Positions 17,955-25,710 are shown, numbered from the stretch's first letter. The stretch is DNA of 32,000 nt from Halomicronema hongdechloris C2206 (GCF_002075285.3 NZ_CP021983.2:660001-692000); one strand, 5' to 3'. Program-made: numbers and translations. The notes: generated from the letters alone by a model not told the origin.

Positions 17955-18052
17955 TGAAGGCAGAAGCGGGGAGGCGAGTGGAGGGGAGGGTAATGGGGTG
18001 GTGGGAAAAGGAAAACGGAGGACGGAGGATGGAAAAGGGGACAGGGTAGGGG
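17955..18052 (+). other. Polypurine tract of about 98 nt (about 86% A+G on the plus strand) containing a canonical G-quadruplex motif at 17983-18005
   Basis: By hand count there are only about 14 pyrimidines in about 98 nt. The G4 motif reads GGGG-A-GGG-TAAT-GGGG-TGGT-GGG. Confidence 0.7.
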
Positions 18053-18069
18053 CGCGGTTGCCGCGCCCC
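18049..18069. other. Perfect 9-bp GC-rich hairpin (GGGGCGCGG-TTG-CCGCGCCCC) between convergent genes
   Basis: Read directly. There is no adjacent U-tract on the plus strand. On the minus strand CCCCTTTT follows about 9 nt later, so a terminator role is uncertain. Confidence 0.6.
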
Positions 18070-18291
18070 AATGCAGAAAACTGGCTACCCCGCCGATGCG
18101 ACGCGATCTGGAACGACCAATTGACCAGCCCTTCCGCAGGTCCAGGGCGGTGGTTCGACTCCGCTCACCACAAGCTGCCCTGGTCGTCGGAGTCCGAGGG
18201 GAACGAAATCCCCTCGGGTGAGCACCCCGAGCTATCCAAATTAAGCGTAGTCTTATCAAGATCTAGAGCCACCGATCCGGCACTCAGAACG

Positions 18292-19029
18292 CTATAGCCG
18301 CGTTGCGACCGCAAATAACAACGGCCCCACCACCAACGCCGGTAGAAATGACGCCACCCGGATGCGGGTGATCTCCAACAGATTCAGGCCCAGGCCCAAA
18401 ATCATCAGCCCACCAATGCCGGTCACCAGCAACACCTGCGGATCTTGGGTTGGATCAGGCAGGGCCGTGGCCCCGATCCCAGCCAGCAGCGACAGCAGTC
18501 CTTGCACCAGCAACACCGTCAGGGCCGAACAGGCCACCCCCATACCATAGCCAGCGGTCAGGGCAATGGCAGCCAGGCCGTCCATGGTGGCCTTCAGGGT
18601 CAAGAGGGTGGGATCACCGGCGAGACCATTCTGGAAGCTGCCCAGCAACGTCATTGGGCCGACGCAGAATAGCAGACTGGCCGCCACGAAGCCTTCCGTG
18701 AACCGTCCTCCGCCCCGTAATTGCCGTTTTAATCCCTCCCCTAAGCCCGTGAGTCGAGACTCCAACTGCCACCATTCCCCCAAGATTCCGCCGATCACCA
18801 GGGCCAGCAGTCCCAGAATCACCCCATCCAGAGGACCGGCCTGCAGCCCCTGGAAGTCGCTGGCCATGGTAATGCCCAGATAGAGGGTCAGCAGTCCCAC
18901 CGCCTGAATAATCACCTGCTGCATGGCAGCGGGTAGGCGATGTCGCAGCAGCAAGCCCAAGCCACTGCCCAACAACACGGTCAGCACGTTAATCCAAGTG
19001 CCACTGGTTTTACTCCAAAGACTCAACAT
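18292..19029 (-). CDS. DUF554 domain-containing membrane protein (YdfK/YqgA family)
   Basis: Internal ATG 19029 gives MLSLWSKTSGTWINVLTVLLGSGLGLLLRHRLP..., the typical DUF554 N terminus. The product is polytopic, 245 aa. The track N-terminal extension to 19161 is R/H/Q-rich. Confidence 0.8.
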   Translation of the reverse strand: MLSLWSKTSGTWINVLTVLLGSGLGLLLRHRLPAAMQQVIIQAVGLLTLYLGITMASDFQGLQAGPLDGVILGLLALVIGGILGEWWQLESRLTGLGEGLKRQLRGGGRFTEGFVAASLLFCVGPMTLLGSFQNGLAGDPTLLTLKATMDGLAAIALTAGYGMGVACSALTVLLVQGLLSLLAGIGATALPDPTQDPQVLLVTGIGGLMILGLGLNLLEITRIRVASFLPALVVGPLLFAVATRL

Positions 19030-19188
19030 GGGCCTGCGGAAAAGTCGTGATCTCTGATGATGCTCCTGAGCCAGCGATGGGCACGTTAAGAGTGTTCCCC
19101 GAGCATAATGATCATGGTTGCCTCTGACCCCCTCCTGCCGACCCACTCTCCCACTCTCCACCTACTCAGCTACTCCGCCGCTCGCTAG

Positions 19189-20175
19189 TCAGGGCCGCGG
19201 ATCGGGACGATGGAGGGGGCTGAGCAGCTGGCTGAGGCGACGCAGTTCGGCACTGGTGCCCATGCCGATGACCAGATCCCCCGGACGCAGGTCGGTTTGA
19301 GCGGTGGGACCAGTAATTAAGGAGCCTTCCTGGCGGCGAATGGCTAAAATCAAGGCTCCCGAGCGCGATCGCAACTCGGCCTGCCCCAGCGTTTGGCCAA
19401 TCCAGGGACAGTTGTCGGGAGAGAGCAAGAATTCTTCGACATAGACGGTGCGGTCGGCACCGGTGAGAATGCCATCGAGGAAGTCAACCACCTGGGGACG
19501 CAGGGCAGCGGCGGCCATGCGTTTGCCACCAGTAATATAGGGTGACACCACTACATCGGCTCCCCCTCGCTGCAGCTTCTGCACCGCTTCCTCGGTGCTG
19601 GCTCGGGCAATGGTCCGAATCTCTGGGGCCAAGGTCTTGGCCGACAACACCGTGTAGAGGTTTTCAGCATCGGAGGGTAGGGCGGCCACTAGGCATGCGG
19701 CTCGCCCAATGCCGACGTTGAGCAGCACCTGATCTTGGGTGGCATCCCCGAGGACAGCTAGATACCCCAGGTGTTGGGCATCTTCGATGGATGCCTCGTC
19801 ACTGTCAACAACGATGAAGGCGATGCCCTCGGCAGAAAACTCGGCGGCAACTTGGCGACCGGTGCGACCAAAGCCACAGAGGATGTAATGCTGGCTAAGA
19901 GAATTCATGAGTTTGCGCTGTTGCCGAAATTGAAAGCTGGCTCGTAGGTATCCCTGGGCCAGGGCTTCAGTAAAGACGTTGACGATGTACGCAATCACGA
20001 TAACGCCCATCAAGATGAAGATAGTGGTGAACAGGCGGCCCCGGGGGCCCAAGGGCTGAATCTCGGCAAATCCAACGGTGGCCAGGGTAATTACAGCCAT
20101 GTAGGTAGCATCTAGCCAAGACCAACCTTCGATGAATCGGTACCAGAGAATCCCAGTTAGGGCGACTCCCCCCAA
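19189..20175 (-). CDS. Two-TM potassium-channel-family protein with RCK (TrkA-N plus TrkA-C) domains. It is probably disrupted, because the natural N terminus (ATG 20229) is cut off by an in-frame TAG at 20194-20196
   Basis: It has a pore region (DATYMAVITLATVGFAEIQP), a Rossmann motif (ILCGFGRTGRQVA) and a TrkA-C-like tail. The track start at 20175 is TTG and leaves only about 10 hydrophobic residues for the outer helix. Confidence 0.8.
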   Translation of the reverse strand: MGGVALTGILWYRFIEGWSWLDATYMAVITLATVGFAEIQPLGPRGRLFTTIFILMGVIVIAYIVNVFTEALAQGYLRASFQFRQQRKLMNSLSQHYILCGFGRTGRQVAAEFSAEGIAFIVVDSDEASIEDAQHLGYLAVLGDATQDQVLLNVGIGRAACLVAALPSDAENLYTVLSAKTLAPEIRTIARASTEEAVQKLQRGGADVVVSPYITGGKRMAAAALRPQVVDFLDGILTGADRTVYVEEFLLSPDNCPWIGQTLGQAELRSRSGALILAIRRQEGSLITGPTAQTDLRPGDLVIGMGTSAELRRLSQLLSPLHRPDPRP

Positions 20176-20452
20176 TGCGATCGCACCGCCGGACTAATTT
20201 CGCCGGATGCGGCGATAATTTCGATTCATCAGGGTCTGGCCATAGCCAAGCGCTGGGAGCCCAGGGACATTGCGGATAGGGTCTAAGACAAAACTTTTCA
20301 ATTGTAAGAGGGGAAGGCCGATCCTGCGGTAGGGCTAAGCCCGATCAGCTTGCTGCTGGCACATCGGGCAGCAGCCATCGTCGGGAAGCATCAACCCAAC
20401 TCAGCCCTCTTGATAGATAGAATGTAAAGAAACATCACATTATTGAGCTGCC

Positions 20453-21360
20453 ATGACTGCCCAACTTGCCTCTACTGACCATTTGGAAAAATACACGTGG
20501 ACCTGGCGGGGCACCAAACTCATTACGCCGTGCAAGGGAAGGCCCCCACTACTGCTAGTGATGGGGTTCGGGGCTTCAGCGGCCACTGGCGCCAGAGTAT
20601 TTCCGCCCTAGCCGCCCGCGGGTATCGAGTATTTGCTGTGGATCTATTGGGCTTTGGCGATAGCGATAAACCGCCTCTAGCCTATGCCCTAGAGCTGTGG
20701 GAACAGCAACTGCACGATTTTTGCCACACGTTAATCGCACAACCGACCATCTTTGTCGGCAACTCCATCGGTGGCCTACTAACGCTGATGCTGCTGGCTC
20801 ACTATCCTGAGTCGGCCCGCGCCGGCGTATTACTGAATTGTGCTGGGGGACTAAACCATCGCCCTGATGAGCTCAACCTCGCCTTGAGGCTAGTGATGGG
20901 CACCTTTACCCGATTGGTCAGTTCTCCCTGGCTCGGCCCGTTAGTGTTTAACCAGGTGCGTCAAAAACGCCGAATTCGTAATTCTCTCAAGCAAGTGTAC
21001 TGCAGCCACGCCGCCGTAACCGACGACCTGGTAGATCTGATTTATCGACCAGCCTGTGACCCGGGCGCTCAACAGGTATTTACCTCCGTTTTGACGGCTC
21101 CAGCTGGTCCCAAACCCTCAGAATTGCTATCAACTATCCAGCAACCCCTGTTAGTGCTGTGGGGCGAAAAAGATCCCTGGACCCCCATCCAAGGGGCTGA
21201 CATCTATCGTCAACTCAGTGAATCGGCAGATCCCCCCACCGTCACATTTCATTCCATTCCAGAGACCGGTCACTGTCCCCACGACGAACGCCCAGACGTG
21301 GTGAATCCTCTTATCATCAAGTGGTTGCGGCAGTTGGAGAGCGCGGAAGTGATGGCGTAG
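20453..21360 (+). pseudogene. Alpha/beta-fold hydrolase, N-terminal region disrupted by at least one frameshift (20578-20584), possibly three
   Basis: The frame from ATG 20453 encodes MTAQLASTDHLEKYTWTWRGTKL...GRPPLLLVMGFGAS and stops at 20609-20611. A second frame (track ORF 20497..21360) encodes GHWRQSISALAARGYRVFAVDLLGFGDSDKP, the nucleophile elbow GNSIGG and the catalytic-His block ETGHCPHDERP. Confidence 0.8.
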
Positions 21361-21780
21361 GGAAGCGGGGAGTGGGCAAGTTTTCAGGTCTCCATACTCC
21401 CAGCCTCGCCCCTGTTGCATTGGCAAAACCCTAACCTCAAGGGGAAAACTATTTACAATAGCCTATAGCAGACTTGGAAAACTTTAATGCTGTAACAACG
21501 GGTGCAGCCGGAGGGATCGTCGGCTTTTAGGCTGATCATCAGCAGGTAGTCCATTCCCTCGAATGCTGACCATTAGCCTGTTTCAGGGGGAGCCTTAGGG
21601 GCTTGGGCTCAGCCACTGTTGGACCAGAGCGGTACCTGCCTGGTCCAGCAAGGATGTGTAGGATTGATCATGATTGATCTCACTGGCATAGGGGAGCTTG
21701 CTGGCACAACGGTTCAGTGAATCCTAGCGGTTCCTGCTGTGATGATTGACAGAGTATTGATGCAACCAGGTATCTGATCT

Positions 21781-23988
21781 ATGACGGCTGTAACCACTCC
21801 ATCGACAATCCCAGCCTTTTGTGAGGGAATCCTACACTTTGGTAAGCCCCCCGGCGACTTCGACCGCTATGGTCAATCCCCGGTCATCGCAGCAGGACAG
21901 AGGGCTATTCCGTCGCCTACTGATGAGGCTGCCGTCTATCAAACACTGCTGGCTGCAGATGCTTTGCGGTATTTGACGCTGCAAGTTACTGCCAGCAAAG
22001 CGTCTGGTCATCCTGGTGGCTTTGCCAGCATTGCCGATGGCATTGCTGCTTTAGTCATGTTGGGCTACAAGAACCTGATCACTGAGGTGGGGCACCATGC
22101 CCCTGGCTTCTACAGCACCATGTTTCTGGATCGCTCCCTAGAGGCCATGGGAATTGAGACAGTGCAGCAACTATGCGATCGCTTCCGGGAAACCCACGGC
22201 CTCTTGGGCCATCTCTCCGGTCAGATCCCTGGGTTGCTAAATCCCGCTGGTCCCCTAGGGCAGGGGCAACACTTTGCCATGGCGGCGGCCAAGTTGTATC
22301 CCGGCACTCTATTTCCCGTCACCATCGGCGATGGTGGATTGGGAGAACCCTATGTCATGAGTAGTTTTGGCCATTTCCACACGGCCTATCCTCAGATCAC
22401 CAACTTTCTGCCCATTCTGGTATGGAATGGCTATTCCCAAGAACACCACAGCATGGTGTCTACCCAATCGAACCAAGAAATGGTGGCTTACTGGCGGGGC
22501 AACGGCTTCCAGAATGTCATCCTAGTGGATGCCAAAGATTACGACGACGCCAACCAGCCCGAGGCCTATGTCGATAGCACCCTATTTTCATTCCAGCAGC
22601 GATTGGCCTTTGCTCAGGCCGTATTAGAGGCCACCGATAAGGCAGCTGGTGCGGCTCTGGGTGGAACCCTAACGGTGCTGATTATCAAGCAACTCAAAGG
22701 TGCTGGCGTGCACAAGCGGGGGGCCAAGGCCCACAATCTCTATCCTGGCGATACCGTGGATCGAGACTATATCCTCAAGGCCTTGACCGAACTGGCCCTA
22801 CCTCCAGAGGCCTGGCAATTGGTGCGGACTAACTTCGAGCGCGCCATGGGCGGAAGTGCGGCTCAAACTGCCGTGACTGAATCGGTACGCCCTTTACCCT
22901 CCATTTCCGAGGTGCCCTTGCAGGAATTTCCCGTCAATGCTGATAAGCAGGTGGCTACTACCGCCATGGGGACCTTGGCAGGAGCCGTGGGGCAACAAGA
23001 TGCTGATTTCGTGGTCACCAATGCCGATGGCAACGCTGCTTCTGGCATCAACAATATCAACCAGGCGTTGACTATTCGCCACCCCACCCCAGATCAAGGA
23101 TATTATCAGGGACCGCATGGGCAAGTATACGAACCCCTGAGCGAAGACGCTTGCGCCGGGCTAGCTGCTGCCCAAGCCTTGCTGGGCGGCCGCAGCCTTT
23201 GGTGCTCCTATGAATCCTTTGCTGTTAACGGATTGCCCATTTGGCAGACGGTGACCCAGGCCATGGCCGAACTGCGGCGGCCCACCCCTTCTACCATTAC
23301 CCTGTTTACCGCCGGGGCCTTAGAGCAGGGGCGCAATGGTTGGACCCATCAACGGCCAGAAATTGAGAATTATTTTGCTGGCATGATGCGCAACGGCAAC
23401 GTGTTTCCCCTATTTCCGATTGATGCCAACAGTATTCAGGTCTGCTACGAGTGGGCCTTGGCTACTCGTAACCAGGGGATTACCATTACCGCCAGTAAAT
23501 CAGCTCTACCGATTCGGACTACCTTTGAGCAGACCCGCCAGGCGTTGCAGCGAGGGGCAGTGGAACTGCAGACAACCCCTGGTCAATCGACCATTGTGTT
23601 TGCTGTCATCGGTGATATGCCCCTGATCCCAGTCTATGAAGCAGCTGAACAGCTAGCGGCTCGGGGAGTTGGTTCACGCATTGTCGCCATTGTCAGCCCC
23701 CGCCGACTCTACCGTCCTAGCGATACCGCTTGGGAAACCTGCGCTGAGGCAGATGGCGGCTTCCTAGAAGACGCTGAGTTTGAGAAGCTCTTTAGTGGCG
23801 ATGCCCTGATTGGGATCACTGGCGGCACTAGCGCCATGCTAGAGCCGGTGATGTTACGCAGTCGACTGTCGCGGGATGTGTTTGCCTGGAGGCGGGGAGA
23901 AACCACAGCAACACCGACCCAACTGATGGCCCTCAATGGCTTAACTGCTGAAGCCTTTGTCAAGCGCGCCCTAGCCTTGCTGGGCTAG
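21781..23988 (+). CDS. Transketolase-like thiamine-diphosphate-dependent enzyme (735 aa, fused PP and Pyr domains), substrate unknown; resembles the Sll0529-type 'putative phosphoketolase/transketolase' of cyanobacteria
   Basis: TK-family blocks are present: ASGHPGGFASIAD, GHHAPGFY, NPAGPLGQGQHFA, IGDGGLGEP...N.LPILVWNGYS. It lacks the canonical Xfp N-terminal motifs I know. Confidence 0.7.
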   Translation: MTAVTTPSTIPAFCEGILHFGKPPGDFDRYGQSPVIAAGQRAIPSPTDEAAVYQTLLAADALRYLTLQVTASKASGHPGGFASIADGIAALVMLGYKNLITEVGHHAPGFYSTMFLDRSLEAMGIETVQQLCDRFRETHGLLGHLSGQIPGLLNPAGPLGQGQHFAMAAAKLYPGTLFPVTIGDGGLGEPYVMSSFGHFHTAYPQITNFLPILVWNGYSQEHHSMVSTQSNQEMVAYWRGNGFQNVILVDAKDYDDANQPEAYVDSTLFSFQQRLAFAQAVLEATDKAAGAALGGTLTVLIIKQLKGAGVHKRGAKAHNLYPGDTVDRDYILKALTELALPPEAWQLVRTNFERAMGGSAAQTAVTESVRPLPSISEVPLQEFPVNADKQVATTAMGTLAGAVGQQDADFVVTNADGNAASGINNINQALTIRHPTPDQGYYQGPHGQVYEPLSEDACAGLAAAQALLGGRSLWCSYESFAVNGLPIWQTVTQAMAELRRPTPSTITLFTAGALEQGRNGWTHQRPEIENYFAGMMRNGNVFPLFPIDANSIQVCYEWALATRNQGITITASKSALPIRTTFEQTRQALQRGAVELQTTPGQSTIVFAVIGDMPLIPVYEAAEQLAARGVGSRIVAIVSPRRLYRPSDTAWETCAEADGGFLEDAEFEKLFSGDALIGITGGTSAMLEPVMLRSRLSRDVFAWRRGETTATPTQLMALNGLTAEAFVKRALALLG

Positions 23989-24024
23989 ACGCTATCAGAG
24001 CATGGGCCAATCTCCCGCAAGTAG

Positions 24025-24055
24025 CCCCTTCTGCTGACAGTGGCAGAGGGGGTTT
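24025..24055 (+). terminator. Candidate intrinsic terminator after the transketolase-like gene
   Basis: The stem is CCCCTTCTGC (24025-24034) paired with GCAGAGGGGG (24043-24052). It has 10 bp with one G-U pair and an 8-nt loop, followed by TTT. Confidence 0.5.
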
Positions 24056-24343
24056 CCAGCGTCATGGCAGTGCTATAGCCACCGCCACCATGCTTTTGCG
24101 GTGGCGAGCCAGTCAGCCCCCTAGCACTGGGCTATTGGACGATCAACCATGTCCTAAGCTGACTGGCCAGCGCCATAGGAGCCAACGGCCAAGAGACTAT
24201 CTAGACAGGATAGAACAAGCGTTCTAAAATCGGGTATCGGGCTATGGCGTCGCTGGGGCTCCTGAGGGGACACCGGTCAGTGGCGGCGGCCTACTAGCGC
24301 GGATCAGTCGAGGGCCGTAGCGACTAACTTCATCTGAATAATA

Positions 24344-24361
24344 TTTACACAATGTTACTTT
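24344..24361 (+). promoter_or_regulatory. HLR1-like (RpaB-box) direct repeat, distal site upstream of the sigma factor gene
   Basis: TTTACACA-AT-GTTACTTT. The first core is perfect and the second has one mismatch (GTTACT). Confidence 0.45.
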
Positions 24362-24507
24362 TTCTAGATGGCCTCTGAGGATTTTGTCGTGATCGATGCA
24401 TTCCCAAGCGCCCTAAAGCCTTATCCTAAGCTCAATACAACAATCTCTTCCAGGAAGCGCATAACGGGAAGCTGGGGACCTCTTTCCTTAAAACCACTAT
24501 GAGAGAT

Positions 24508-24525
24508 GTTACAATTATTTACACA
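24508..24525 (+). promoter_or_regulatory. HLR1 (RpaB-box) direct repeat, proximal site upstream of the sigma factor gene
   Basis: GTTACAAT-TA-TTTACACA. Both TTACA cores are perfect and the 2-nt spacer is correct. A TACCCT (TAnnnT) hexamer lies at 24552-24557. Confidence 0.6.
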
Positions 24526-24753
24526 AACCCATTGAAAGAGACATCTGTGAGTACCCTAAGTACTCTCTCCGGAAATTGTTGGTTGTCAGGGTGCTTAAGT
24601 CAGGTGATCGATTGCAGTAATCATGTGGTCACTGGCTAATAAGTCTGCCCTGCAGTCCGTTGTTATCTACCGCTCAAGGCGTGTCCCAACTCGATGTATG
24701 GGGCACCTGGATCGATCTAACACTGTTCGCACCTTAGGCAAGACTGGCTGGCT

Positions 24754-25710
24754 ATGAAAACGGCTCAAAACTCCCCTGACTTAGTCCGCACCTATCTCAA
24801 GGAGATAGGTCGGGTGCCCCTGCTCACCCATGAACAGGAGATTCTATATGGTAAGCAGGTCCAGCAACTCAATGCCCTAGAGCATCAGCGCCAAACCCTA
24901 GCTGAGCAGCTGGACCGTGAACCCACTCTGACCGAATGGGCTCAATCGGCCGATATGGCTACGAAAGACTTACAGCAGGTGGTGGCCGAGGGGCAAGTAG
25001 CTAAACGCAAGATGGTGGAGGCTAATCTGCGTTTAGTGGTCTCGGTGGCCAAGAAGTATATCAAGCGTAATGTGGATCTGCTGGATTTGATCCAAGAAGG
25101 CACCATTGGCATGCAGCGGGGGGTCGAAAAGTTTGATCCGACTAAGGGATATCGCTTTTCTACCTATGCCTACTGGTGGATTCGCCAGGCCATTACCCGT
25201 GCGATCGCAGAAAAGAGTCGCACCATCAGACTACCGATTCACATCACCGAAAAGCTGAACAAGTTGAAGAAGGTGCAGCGCCAGCTAGCCCAGCAATACG
25301 GCCGTACAGCCACCATCAACGAGTTGGCTGACGAGCTCGATTTAACCCCGAAGCAAGTCCGAGACTATCTGGAAAAGTCGCGCCAACCCCTATCGTTAGA
25401 TCTGCGGGTGGGGGATAACCAAGACACGGAGTTGGGCGATCTCCTGGAAGACACCGGTCCCTCCCCAGAAGACTTCACCACCCAGGCATCCCTACGCCAT
25501 GATCTAGAACGGCTGATGGAAGACTTGACCCCCCAGCAGCGGCAGGTGATTGCCCTACGATTTGGCCTCAACGACGGCAAGATGATGACCCTGGCTAAGA
25601 TTGGTACCCTACTGAGCATTAGTCGAGAGCGGGTGCGTCAGATTGAACGGGAAGCCTTAAACAAGCTGCGCAAACGCCAGGCCGACATTCGCGAATATTT
25701 GGCCAGTTGA
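24754..25710 (+). CDS. Group 2 sigma-70 family RNA polymerase sigma factor (SigB/SigD-like, 318 aa)
   Basis: [22 protein letters not shown], the region 2 blocks ([54 protein letters not shown]) and region 4.2 ([18 protein letters not shown]). It lacks the long region 1.1 of the primary sigma factor. Confidence 0.93.
   Translation: MKTAQNSPDLVRTYLKEIGRVPLLTHEQEILYGKQVQQLNALEHQRQTLAEQLDREPTLTEWAQSADMATKDLQQVVAEGQVAKRKMVEANLRLVVSVAKKYIKRNVDLLDLIQEGTIGMQRGVEKFDPTKGYRFSTYAYWWIRQAITRAIAEKSRTIRLPIHITEKLNKLKKVQRQLAQQYGRTATINELADELDLTPKQVRDYLEKSRQPLSLDLRVGDNQDTELGDLLEDTGPSPEDFTTQASLRHDLERLMEDLTPQQRQVIALRFGLNDGKMMTLAKIGTLLSISRERVRQIEREALNKLRKRQADIREYLAS

Noticed and set aside
18120-18150. SRP (4.5S) RNA on the minus strand, suggested by CCTGC-GGAA-GGGCTGG
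   Set aside because: The conserved helix-8 sequence around the GGAA tetraloop (GGUCC GGAA GGAAGCAGCC) is not matched. The pairing next to the loop is poor, and no long closing helix is evident.
18141-18182. Possible tRNA or tmRNA 3' half (GGTGG-TTCGACT-CCGCT...CACCA)
   Set aside because: There is no 7-nt acceptor strand between the T-arm and CCA. There is no complementary 5' acceptor strand, D-arm or anticodon arm within 100 nt upstream. There is no G3-U70 pair or tag-peptide ORF for tmRNA. I kept it only as part of a possible structured-RNA finding.
17861-18297. ORFs of 132 aa (minus) and 99 aa (plus) in the spacer between the M28 peptidase and DUF554 genes
   Set aside because: Both are low-complexity (P/R/S/H-rich or G/K/R-rich) translations of the polypurine tract and GC hairpins. 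Neither has a credible start context or any protein-like pattern.
21361-21780. TPP riboswitch upstream of the ThDP-dependent transketolase-like gene
   Set aside because: There is no CUGAGA box, and no ACCUGAUCUGGAUAAUGCCAGCG-like pyrimidine-sensing helix. Only a superficial CCAGGTATCTGATCT lies next to the ATG.
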